30,821 bases of DNA from Candidatus Iainarchaeum sp. (GTDB taxonomy: Archaea > Iainarchaeota > Iainarchaeia > Iainarchaeales > JAFCCJ01). Position 1 is the first letter of the stretch. The number at the start of each line of letters is the position of its first letter. The notes beneath the pieces were generated by a model, which saw only the letters and a list, made by a program, of their open reading frames with translations, was not told the origin of the DNA and made no database searches. Shown here one piece after another: positions 8,346-16,533 of the stretch. A program made the translations under genes and the position numbers. Location of the stretch: assembly GCA_043816965.1 (NCBI GenBank), contig JBDRHK010000072.1:1-30821 (forward strand), written 5' to 3'.

Positions 8346-9560
8346 ATGCAGGAAGAATTCAATTTTTTAAAGGGAAAAATCAGGCAATATTATGTAGAAA
8401 ACGACATCCCTGCCCCTGAAGGAATTTCCAAAAAGGAATTTGGAATCGGCGATTACGGAAAGAAAATTACCTCAAGGCACCTCGCATTTAATTCACCTAC
8501 GGATTTCAACAGCTACCTGAAAAGAGAATCCCCGTTTTACATCTCCTACTCCACCGCATTTTATGAGTTCCCCGAAAGAAGGCCGATGGCCGCAAAAAAT
8601 CTTGAGGGTGCGGACCTTATTTATGAATTTGATGCCGATGATTTGAAAACCGGCTGCAAGGAGGAACATGATTCCTGGAAATGCAAGTGCGGTGAGTTCG
8701 GAAAAGGAAACATTGAACTCTGCCCAAAATGCGGCCTGAGAGTTGAGGTCGAGGAATGGGTCTGCGAAAAATGCCTGGGTGCCGCAAAGCAACAGGTTTT
8801 TAGTTTGCTAAAAGTTCTTAACAATGATTTCGACATGAATGAAGGAATTTATGTCAACTTTTCAGGGGGCAAGGGATACCATGTCCATGTAAGGGGCAAA
8901 TATGTAAGGGAACTTTCCCCCCCTGCAAGGATTGAACTCCTGGATTATTTAACGGCAAATGAAATCAGCATTGAACTGCTCGGGTTTCGCATGGACAAAA
9001 AAATAACCGGCTGCCCAAAACCCGGAAACCTTTCGGGCTGGAGTGAAAAGTTAATGTCAAGCCTGATTTATTTTTTTGAGAATACTGATGAGGCAGAAAT
9101 GGTCCTGAGAACGGGGACAAGTTATTCTGCGGCGAAAAAAATCATTGCAGATAAGAAAAAAATAATCGAAGCTTTCAACAGGGGCAGCCTGATAGCATTT
9201 CCCGGCAAGAGAGGGCAGGAATTCTGGAGTTCCCTTCTCAATTCATTTGTGGATGACCTTAAAATCGATGTTGACAGGCAGACCTCGGTGGACATATATA
9301 AGATTGTGAGGGTGCCTGAAACAATCCATGGCGGGACAGGGTTAATTGCAAAGGAAATTGAATTGGATTCCCTGAAAAATTTCAATCCTTTGAAAGAAAC
9401 CATTGCATTTGGCGGGGAAAGCGTTAAGATTAAAACATCAAAGATTCCAAGGTTTTATCTGGGGGAAAGGGAATGGGGCCCCTTTGACCATGAAGAGGCT
9501 GAATTGCCGGCATTTGCCGCGGCATACCTTATCGCCAGGAATTCGGCGAATTTGAGTTGA
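8346..9560 (+). CDS. priS: DNA primase small (catalytic) subunit
   Basis: Motifs KEFG, RHLAF, S.AFYEFP, ADLIYEFDADDL, FSGGKGYHVHV and D..T.D....VRVPETIHG.TG. Directly upstream of gins15. Confidence 0.93.
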   Translation: MQEEFNFLKGKIRQYYVENDIPAPEGISKKEFGIGDYGKKITSRHLAFNSPTDFNSYLKRESPFYISYSTAFYEFPERRPMAAKNLEGADLIYEFDADDLKTGCKEEHDSWKCKCGEFGKGNIELCPKCGLRVEVEEWVCEKCLGAAKQQVFSLLKVLNNDFDMNEGIYVNFSGGKGYHVHVRGKYVRELSPPARIELLDYLTANEISIELLGFRMDKKITGCPKPGNLSGWSEKLMSSLIYFFENTDEAEMVLRTGTSYSAAKKIIADKKKIIEAFNRGSLIAFPGKRGQEFWSSLLNSFVDDLKIDVDRQTSVDIYKIVRVPETIHGGTGLIAKEIELDSLKNFNPLKETIAFGGESVKIKTSKIPRFYLGEREWGPFDHEEAELPAFAAAYLIARNSANLS

Positions 9561-9565
9561 TTGCA

Positions 9566-10120
9566 ATGGAATTGTCTTATGATGAAATAAGGAGAATTCA
9601 CCGCCTGGAGAGAAGTACGTCCAGGCTTGTGGAAGTGGAGCAGAGCTTCTATAACGACCTCAATTCATTCATCACTGAGGAGAAGGAAGAGTACATAAAT
9701 TCCCTGAAGGATTTTTCTATTGACAGGGTGAGGCAGTTTACAAATTTGAAAAGGATGGTTGAGGAAATTTTTTCCCTTCGGGAGAAGAAAATACTGAGCA
9801 GGGCACTGATTGCGAACAGGACTGAGGAGGTTTCTGATGAGCACATGGCCTCCCAGGAAAAGGACCTTTTCAATGAGATTCTTGAAAAACTGCAAAAGCA
9901 CAATAAAATACTAAACAGCCTTTTTGCGGGCGAAAAAAACGAAAAGAAGAAGAAACCTGCCAAAGATTTAAATATCCTTTTAGTGGAGATTATTTCAGAC
10001 ATACCTTCTTTTATCGGAACTGACATGAAGGAGTATGGCCCTTTCTCAAAGGGGGATGAGGTAAAACTCCCCTACAAGATTGCAAAGCTCCTGAGTTCCA
10101 GAAAGTTGTGTAAGATTTAG
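9566..10120 (+). CDS. GINS15 (Gins51) replication factor
   Basis: Helical A domain (ER....L......FY...REKKI) and C-terminal B domain (DIPSFIGTDMKEYGPF.KGD.V.LP..IA.LL). Canonical position after priS. ATG at 9566 preferred over TTG at 9557. Confidence 0.85.
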   Translation: MELSYDEIRRIHRLERSTSRLVEVEQSFYNDLNSFITEEKEEYINSLKDFSIDRVRQFTNLKRMVEEIFSLREKKILSRALIANRTEEVSDEHMASQEKDLFNEILEKLQKHNKILNSLFAGEKNEKKKKPAKDLNILLVEIISDIPSFIGTDMKEYGPFSKGDEVKLPYKIAKLLSSRKLCKI

Positions 10121-10139
10121 GTTATGTGAGTTGGTTTTT

Positions 10140-10334
10140 ATGAGCAATGAAGGACTGGTACCAAGGCCCAAGAACAAATTTTTGAGGGTAAAGTGCAGCA
10201 GCTGCGGAAATGAGCAGGTGATTTTTTCGGCGGCAACAACCAAAGTTAACTGCCTTGTATGCAACCATGAGCTGGCTGATACCGGGGCATCAAAAATCAG
10301 GCTCAAAACAAAGATTTTGGATACTTATGGTTAG
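10140..10334 (+). CDS. rps27e: 30S ribosomal protein S27e (eS27)
   Basis: P...FLRVKC..CGNEQVIFS.ATTKV.C.VC...LA..G zinc ribbon. ATG at 10140. Confidence 0.95.
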   Translation: MSNEGLVPRPKNKFLRVKCSSCGNEQVIFSAATTKVNCLVCNHELADTGASKIRLKTKILDTYG

Positions 10335-10342
10335 GTGATTTT

Positions 10343-11113
10343 ATGGCTGATTTACCTGAAGAAAGCGAGATTATAGTTTGCCGCGTGACCAAGGTGCTGG
10401 ATTACGGGGTTTTTGTCGAGCTTTCGGAATATGACAACCGGCAGGGATTTGTGCATATTTCCCAGGTTGCCTCAAGCTGGATAAAGAACATAAGGAATTT
10501 TGTGAAGGAAAACCAGGTGAGGGCCGCAAAGGTAATGCGCATTGACACATCAAAAAACCAGATTGACCTCTCATTCAACAAGGTTTCTTCCGGTGTGCAA
10601 AGAGCAAGGATTGAGCAGTGGAAACAAAATAAAAGAACCCATAAACTTCTTGAGGCATTTGCAAAGCAGCATAATGTAAAATTCGATGATGTTTGGAAAG
10701 AGATTGCCGAGCCATTGCTTGAGAATTACGATACACTTTATGATGCCTTTCAGGCGATCCTGCTTAATGGGGTGGGTGAGGCAAAGGACGTGGATAAAAA
10801 ATGGCTGAATCCACTGAAAGATATGATTGAGAAGAATATGGAGGTGCCTGTTAAATTGGTGAAGGGAGTTATTTCACTTTCCTCCAACGCACCAAACGGG
10901 ATTGAGTTGATTAAGGACGCGCTAAAGGAAGGCATGGAATCCACAAAGGATGCCGATCTTGAGGTGTATTATTCAGGTTCAGGGAAGTTCATGATTAATG
11001 TGAAATCATTTGATTACAAGGTTGCAGAAAGGGTGATTAGGGGAGTTGCCGAAACCACAATTGAGGCAATGAAATCCTCCGGCGGAGAGGGAGAATTCAC
11101 AAGATTGAATTAG
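10343..11113 (+). CDS. eif2a: Translation initiation factor aIF2 alpha subunit
   Basis: S1 domain LPE..E.....V..V.DYGVFVEL.EY...GFVHISQVAS.WIKNIR.FVKE.Q....KV.R.D....IDLS. AGGTGA SD upstream. Confidence 0.95.
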   Translation: MADLPEESEIIVCRVTKVLDYGVFVELSEYDNRQGFVHISQVASSWIKNIRNFVKENQVRAAKVMRIDTSKNQIDLSFNKVSSGVQRARIEQWKQNKRTHKLLEAFAKQHNVKFDDVWKEIAEPLLENYDTLYDAFQAILLNGVGEAKDVDKKWLNPLKDMIEKNMEVPVKLVKGVISLSSNAPNGIELIKDALKEGMESTKDADLEVYYSGSGKFMINVKSFDYKVAERVIRGVAETTIEAMKSSGGEGEFTRLN

Positions 11114-11122
11114 GTGATTGAA

Positions 11123-11896
11123 ATGACGACAGATGTAAATTTTATGAAAGAAATGAAATTCAGCAATGCAATACTTTTCACAGGCCTCCCAGGGATAGGC
11201 CTTGTGGGAAAGATTGCGGTTGATTATATGCTTAAGGAATTCAAGTGCGAGAAGGTCGCAGAGGTGGTATCTGATTCATTCCCGCCAAGTGTCCATACAA
11301 GAAATGGAATTATTGGCCTCATTAAGGATGAGATTTATTATTACTCTTATAATGACCAGGATTATCTTTTTTTGGCGGGCCCAGTGCAACCTTCCCTCGA
11401 TGTGAGGATGGGGGCAATGCAGGAGCACTATGAATTTGCAAATGCAATAGTGGACTCCCTGAAACAAAGGGGCCTTAAGGAAATTAACACACTTGCGGGA
11501 ATTAATGTCGGGGACAAAAGACTGGTTGAGGAGCCTCGGATTGTGGTTGCCTCAACATCCAAAAAATACCTTGACAGCTGGAAGGGGCATGGCGCAATCA
11601 ATGACAGGCCAGAGGGCCTGATAAGTGGGGCGGCAGGCCTGATTTTGGGAATTGGCTCGCAGAAAGGGATTGACGGCAGTTGCCTAATGGGGGAAACCAA
11701 TGCAAAGCTCATTTACGGCGACCATGGCTCGGCAAAAAAGCTCCTTGAACTTATCATAAAACGCTATGGCTTCAAACTGGACATGAGCGGGATAAAGAAA
11801 GAGGCGAAGGAAATTGAGAAGGCATTCACCCAATTAAGCAAGCAATTCGAGGAACCCGATGACAAGCCTGCGGAAGGGCTGAGTTACGTAAGGTAA
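11123..11896 (+). CDS. PAC2-family proteasome assembly chaperone-like protein
   Basis: Motifs GLPGIGLVGKIA.DY, FPP.V, G.ISGAAGLILG and CLMGET, ending in LSYVR. Conserved position after aIF2alpha. ATG at 11123 follows AGGTGA. Confidence 0.9.
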   Translation: MTTDVNFMKEMKFSNAILFTGLPGIGLVGKIAVDYMLKEFKCEKVAEVVSDSFPPSVHTRNGIIGLIKDEIYYYSYNDQDYLFLAGPVQPSLDVRMGAMQEHYEFANAIVDSLKQRGLKEINTLAGINVGDKRLVEEPRIVVASTSKKYLDSWKGHGAINDRPEGLISGAAGLILGIGSQKGIDGSCLMGETNAKLIYGDHGSAKKLLELIIKRYGFKLDMSGIKKEAKEIEKAFTQLSKQFEEPDDKPAEGLSYVR

Positions 11897-11932
11897 ATAA
11901 GGTTTAAATACTACTTTGAACATATTTCTGCA

Positions 11933-12808
11933 ATGAAGAAATTGTTGATAGTTCTTCTTGTTGTTACGCTCCTGCTGAGCGGGTGCTCTTTTGCGCCCCC
12001 GGAAGAAAACCTCAGGGAGCAGGCTGATTTCATGCATGCCGAGGTTGTTCAGAATCTTTATGCTTCGATGCTTGAATCAATAAGTGAAAATAAAGAAGAA
12101 TCTCTTGCTAGGCTTGATGAATTTAACAGGCTGCAAGAAACCACCTCCTCCAAAGAACTAGATATCGATATTTTTTCAGCACAAATTGCAGTAATTTCAA
12201 ATAATGCTCTTGAAGAGAATATTATATGGTTTAAAGAAAAGGACAATGAAAATTACGGCAAGCTTATCGAAAGTTCAACTGATAATGAATTGATAAAATA
12301 TAATGCGGCCGCAATTCAATCAATTACTATCTACGGGTTTGTTGTTCTTTTGCAGGTTATATCCATTGTAGATTTTACAAACTTCACAGATTCTTTGGGA
12401 GAAGTGGATGATTACAAATCAGAGATAGAAAATGCTAGCAGTGAAAAAATAAGTGCCGCAAATGAAATCGTCGCCACTGATTGGGATGGATTAAAAGCAA
12501 AAATAAAAAAACGTTTTTGTGAAGAAGCTTTGGAAATCACATTAAATGAACGGGAACTCCCAGGCGTTATTTCTGCTGCTGGTGGGACTATATCCGATGG
12601 TGCCCGATCCATAGATGAATATTTCTCAATAGTGAGTAAACATGAAAATTTCAAGGAAGAAAATAGAATTGAATGCAAGAAACTCATTGAGGAATATTTT
12701 TCTTATTTAGCCGACAAATATAGGAATATTGATGGCAATCAAAATCCCGAAAAGAAATGGTATTATGCCAAGGTCATAAATAGCATCAAAGAACTTCCTG
12801 AGGATTGA
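11933..12808 (+). CDS. Hypothetical lipoprotein
   Basis: MKKLLIVLLVVTLLLSG|C signal with a lipobox-like LSGC. The acidic helical body has no family I recognise. Confidence 0.6.
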   Translation: MKKLLIVLLVVTLLLSGCSFAPPEENLREQADFMHAEVVQNLYASMLESISENKEESLARLDEFNRLQETTSSKELDIDIFSAQIAVISNNALEENIIWFKEKDNENYGKLIESSTDNELIKYNAAAIQSITIYGFVVLLQVISIVDFTNFTDSLGEVDDYKSEIENASSEKISAANEIVATDWDGLKAKIKKRFCEEALEITLNERELPGVISAAGGTISDGARSIDEYFSIVSKHENFKEENRIECKKLIEEYFSYLADKYRNIDGNQNPEKKWYYAKVINSIKELPED

Positions 12809-12810
12809 AA

Positions 12811-14091
12811 TCAAAACTCACCCAAAGTTTTCTGCCCGCTTTTTCCGCCAATAATTCCCTTTCCAATTTCAATTTTTTTCTCCCGTAATTCCTCCTCAGA
12901 ATCGCAGATAAATGGTGTTCCGTAATTTCCCCCACCGCCAGGGGAGTAAACAACAAAGCCCTTGCGGAATGCCTCAATCTTTTTTCCCACAGCAGGATTC
13001 AGTTCCTTCAATTCAGAAACATCGGCATCAACCAGAACCTTTATCTCATCCCCGAACCTCTCAACATAATCCCTCCAAAGTGATTGCACCTTTTGCGAGT
13101 TTATCATCTGCATCCCCAAAGCAATCTGGATAATTTCCGCAAGTGGGAGCGAGTGCATGTAAGGCGGCCTGAAATCAGGATGGGTTTCCTTATCAAAATT
13201 TGCCAGTTCCATTATCCTTTCCCTAACCCCTTTCTTAATTGTCCCCTTGCACTTGGAACAGCTCCACCCTAACTTCTCAGCCTCTTCGAGGGTGTATTTA
13301 ACATAGCAGGAATTGCAGGCGGTGAGATGGTATTTCCCCTCCTGCGGATTCAGGCCAACATTGAGGGTAATCCTCTCTCCGCTCCTGTCCTCTAATGCCT
13401 TTTTCAGTTCCTTAAAACTCGGCTCCTTTAATTTAATCCTGTTAAATTCCCTCCCAATCCGGTTTGGCCAGGGGGAGTGGGCATCAGAATTTGTGATAAA
13501 TGAATAGTTGTGGTTTTCCCCAATCAAATCCGCGAAATAGGAATCAGCGCTCAGGCCCAGCTCAATAAAATTAATCTTCTCCGCCATTCCCCCATACAAT
13601 TCCTTCAGTGAATTGAAGTGTGCGTAAACTGAAAAATATGGGGTAAATGCATGTGCAGGCCCTATAAGCCCCCCGACCTCTTCCACTTTTTTTGCAATCT
13701 CCTCAGCGCTGAGCCTGATAACCGGCCTGCCACAGCCCCATGAATCGAAAATCGCCTTTCCCTCCATTTTACCCTTCAGCGTGAGCGCGCTCTCCAAATC
13801 AGGGAGGAAAATCACATGATGAACACGCTTATTGCACTGTACTTCAGTTCCAATAATGAAAGGGGTTTTGTATTCTTTCTCAATAAAAATCCCATTGCTC
13901 TCCTCAATCAGGTTCTGCTTAACATGCTCAAACCACGTTCCCTGAAGGATATCTGAGGTATGCAGCAGGCCAAGCCCCTTAAGATGCGCCTGCTCTGAAA
14001 TGATTGGGAGAAGCATATTCTTGCTCACCCCTGTGGAATAAGGCCCGTGCAGGTGCAGATCAGCATTATACTCTTTCAACAAAACCCCCAA
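12811..14091 (-). CDS. Endonuclease Q (TIGR00375 family, PHP domain plus Zn finger)
   Basis: Motifs ADLHLH..YS..VSK.M, VHH, GPAHAFTPY, ELGLSAD, NSDAHSP...RIGREFN, GKYH.TAC..C...C..C.G.IKKGV..RI and PGGGG.YG, plus a terminal PIP box QKTLGEF. The TTG start is uncertain (14091/14082/14079). Confidence 0.88.
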   Translation of the reverse strand: MGVLLKEYNADLHLHGPYSTGVSKNMLLPIISEQAHLKGLGLLHTSDILQGTWFEHVKQNLIEESNGIFIEKEYKTPFIIGTEVQCNKRVHHVIFLPDLESALTLKGKMEGKAIFDSWGCGRPVIRLSAEEIAKKVEEVGGLIGPAHAFTPYFSVYAHFNSLKELYGGMAEKINFIELGLSADSYFADLIGENHNYSFITNSDAHSPWPNRIGREFNRIKLKEPSFKELKKALEDRSGERITLNVGLNPQEGKYHLTACNSCYVKYTLEEAEKLGWSCSKCKGTIKKGVRERIMELANFDKETHPDFRPPYMHSLPLAEIIQIALGMQMINSQKVQSLWRDYVERFGDEIKVLVDADVSELKELNPAVGKKIEAFRKGFVVYSPGGGGNYGTPFICDSEEELREKKIEIGKGIIGGKSGQKTLGEF

Positions 14092-14139
14092 TAAGTTTTA
14101 ATTGATAAAAGAATATTAATTAATTGTGAGTGAGGATTT

Positions 14140-15141
14140 ATGAAAGAGGCTGAATTCTGGAAACCGCTTGTGAATGAAATTGTGCAGTGCAATGCATGCA
14201 ACCGCCACTGCGCAATTAAGCCAGAAGAAGTTGGAAAATGCAGGGTTAGGAAAAATGTTTCCGGAAAACTGGTGAGTCTGGTTTATGGGAAAACCTTAAC
14301 CCTTACAATTGACCCTATTGAGAAAAAGCCATTATTCCACTTCCGCCCTGGCTCCCATTGTTCAGGTGTAAGCACTTATGGCTGCAATTTCTCCTGCCTC
14401 CATTGCCAGAACTACCATATCTCGCAGCAGTTTACTGAGCAGAGCATTGAAAATGTGAAGGAAACTTCTCCTGAGGAAATTGTGAAGAATGCCCTCGAGA
14501 ATAATGCTGATGGAATTGCATACACCTACACAGAACCCACAATTTTTGTGGAGTATGCGCTTGACACAATGAAACTCGCGAAGGAGAAGGGCCTGTACAA
14601 TGTCTGGGTTAGCAATGGTTACATGACAAAGGAAGTTGCTGATGCAATACTCCCCTATCTTGATGCAATCAACATTGATTTGAAAGGGAATGAAAAGTTC
14701 TATTCTGAGGTCTGCGGGGAGATAAGAATTGATGTGGTGAAGGAAAACATAAAATATTTCAATGAAAAAGGGGTGCATGTTGAGGTAACCAATCTAATAA
14801 TCCCTGGTTACAACGATACTGAAGATGATTTCCGGAAAGCCGCGGAATTCATAAAATCCGTAAATCCTGATGTGCCCCTGCACTTCACCCGCTTTTTCCC
14901 TATGAACAAGATGGATTATCTGCCCCCGACAGATGCGTCAAAAATAGCAGCAGCGAAAAAAATCGCCGAAGAAATTGGAGTTCACTATGTTTACGAGGGG
15001 AATTTGGGCGGAGAGGAAAACACAAAATGCAAAAAATGCGGAAACCTGATTGTGAAAAGGATAGGCTATGACATCAATGCCTCTGGTTTAAAGGGAAAAA
15101 ACTGTTCCAAATGCGGGGAAGAAAACAATTTCAAATTGTAA
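14140..15141 (+). CDS. amrS: AmmeMemoRadiSam system radical SAM enzyme (PFL-activase-like)
   Basis: N-terminal C..C...C.......G.C.VR.N, DPIEKKPLFHF.PG, radical-SAM GCNFSCLHCQN, YTY.EPTIF.EY, and C-terminal CxxC...CxxC. Confidence 0.88.
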   Translation: MKEAEFWKPLVNEIVQCNACNRHCAIKPEEVGKCRVRKNVSGKLVSLVYGKTLTLTIDPIEKKPLFHFRPGSHCSGVSTYGCNFSCLHCQNYHISQQFTEQSIENVKETSPEEIVKNALENNADGIAYTYTEPTIFVEYALDTMKLAKEKGLYNVWVSNGYMTKEVADAILPYLDAINIDLKGNEKFYSEVCGEIRIDVVKENIKYFNEKGVHVEVTNLIIPGYNDTEDDFRKAAEFIKSVNPDVPLHFTRFFPMNKMDYLPPTDASKIAAAKKIAEEIGVHYVYEGNLGGEENTKCKKCGNLIVKRIGYDINASGLKGKNCSKCGEENNFKL

Positions 15142-15445
15142 TTCCAAGGAAGTAAAGCACCAATAAAACCCCAATTCCCGCCAACCCAAAAAGTGCCGAA
15201 AGAAGCAGGCTTATCCAGAAATCCAGCTGAATTTTGAGGACAAAAACAACAATTCCCCAGGCAATAAGCCCCAAAACCGAATTAATTATCACCTTTACAA
15301 TAAGGTCCTTCAGTTTGAGCAGGATAATAACCGCGATAATGAGAAGAACTATCCCCCCAACAAGAATCAAGGGGTTGCCAACAAAAGGCAATTGCATTCC
15401 TGGATCAATTGGCATCTCCCCCGCCTGCAGCAAAATCCCGAGCAT
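15131..15445 (-). CDS. Small membrane protein, BofA (pro-sigmaK processing inhibitor)-like
   Basis: Three hydrophobic segments with the K.IINSVLGL...LFGLAGIGVLLVL..LG pattern typical of the BofA family. AGGTGG SD upstream. Confidence 0.6.
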   Translation of the reverse strand: MLGILLQAGEMPIDPGMQLPFVGNPLILVGGIVLLIIAVIILLKLKDLIVKVIINSVLGLIAWGIVVFVLKIQLDFWISLLLSALFGLAGIGVLLVLYFLGITI

Positions 15446-15565
15446 AATTCCACCTATATATTACATTTAATTATTCTAATTAATATATACTATAGTGATT
15501 ATTATAGTTTACTAAATTCCCCCCCAAACCCATCATTTATATTCTTTATTCCCCAAAACCTTAAT

Positions 15566-16201
15566 ATGCCTCAATATACTGAAGACCAGAAGAAGATAGC
15601 CCTGGTTCTGCTCCATGAGCCGAAAACCATTGAGGAACTGAACAAGCAGCTCAATATCCCCTATGACAAGATCCAGAAGGAAATCAAGGATATGCTGAAA
15701 TTGAAGGTTATCACTCAGGGAGGATATCCCTCAAAATACGCCCTGAAAGAGGAAATAGCCACCGCCGTAAGGATGAGGAAGGAAAATGCTTCAGAGGATA
15801 AGTTCAAATTGCGCCTGAAGATAATAATCGAGGCCCAGGCAATCGAGGACACCCTCCTGAAAAAGAAGATGGGGGAAATAAAGGGGATGATTGAGAAGGA
15901 AAAGGATTTCAGGCTATATGACATTTACTTTGCCCCGCTGATAAAGCAGGATGAGAATTACGCAACCTATCTGGAAATTAATTTGTCTGTGAAGGATTTC
16001 CGTGCACTTGCAAGATTGCTTTTCTTCTATGGCCCAAGCACAATAGAAATAATTTCCCCGGAAAAGCTTGAATTAACCGCGGATGAGTTGCAGGATGGGT
16101 TGGTTGACATGGCAGACATGATTCACAACTACAACAATTACATCGCAAGCAAGATGAACCTTGAGGAACTGGAAAACTTCAACAAAAGCCTCTTTGGCTA
16201 A
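15566..16201 (+). CDS. Winged-HTH domain protein fused to an uncharacterised archaeal domain
   Basis: ATG at 15566 (the ORF-track extension from 15392 overlaps the divergent gene). N-terminal KIA.VL..EPKT.EEL...L.IP...I...I..M.KL..I fits a wHTH. C-terminal E....V.DF..L......YGPS.IEII.PE. Confidence 0.6.
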   Translation: MPQYTEDQKKIALVLLHEPKTIEELNKQLNIPYDKIQKEIKDMLKLKVITQGGYPSKYALKEEIATAVRMRKENASEDKFKLRLKIIIEAQAIEDTLLKKKMGEIKGMIEKEKDFRLYDIYFAPLIKQDENYATYLEINLSVKDFRALARLLFFYGPSTIEIISPEKLELTADELQDGLVDMADMIHNYNNYIASKMNLEELENFNKSLFG

Positions 16202-16397
16202 GCAAATGGTTTAAAAATAAGTCGATTGCCTTAATAATTAAAAAGGAATGGTTCCTATTTCTATATAAGAAACAATAATCTAACGCTGTTTCAGTAAGTT
16301 CCTTATTGGTGTTCGCAGATTGCCGGAATTGGATTCAACAAAAGCCTTAATTTGCCTCTAATTGGCCATTTAAGGCAAAATATGGCGTGTGCGCCAA

Positions 16398-16413
16398 CCG
16401 AAAGGTATTTAAA
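16398..16413 (+). promoter_or_regulatory. BRE/TATA promoter of the S-layer gene
   Basis: CCGAAAGG-TATTTAAA matches the archaeal BRE plus TATA arrangement about 125 nt upstream of the ATG. SD GAGGTGA at 16519-16525. Confidence 0.65.
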
Positions 16414-16533
16414 GGAGGGTGTGTTAGATTATTAGAAGCCTTTAGATATCTCTGTCTCGGACTTTGTGAGTTTGAACCGATAGATGTTTATGGGCGAAAT
16501 TTTCATAAGATAATTTGTGAGGTGAAACAAAAT

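Noticed and set aside
15392..15565. ORF-track N-terminal extension of the wHTH protein, and AT-rich inverted repeat TATATATTA/TAATATATA (15455-15489)
   Set aside because: The extension overlaps the divergent gene and promoter. The repeat is expected by chance in such AT-rich DNA.
16387..16533. ORF-track N-terminal extension of the S-layer protein
   Set aside because: It spans the BRE/TATA and leader. The SD and signal peptide place the start at 16534.
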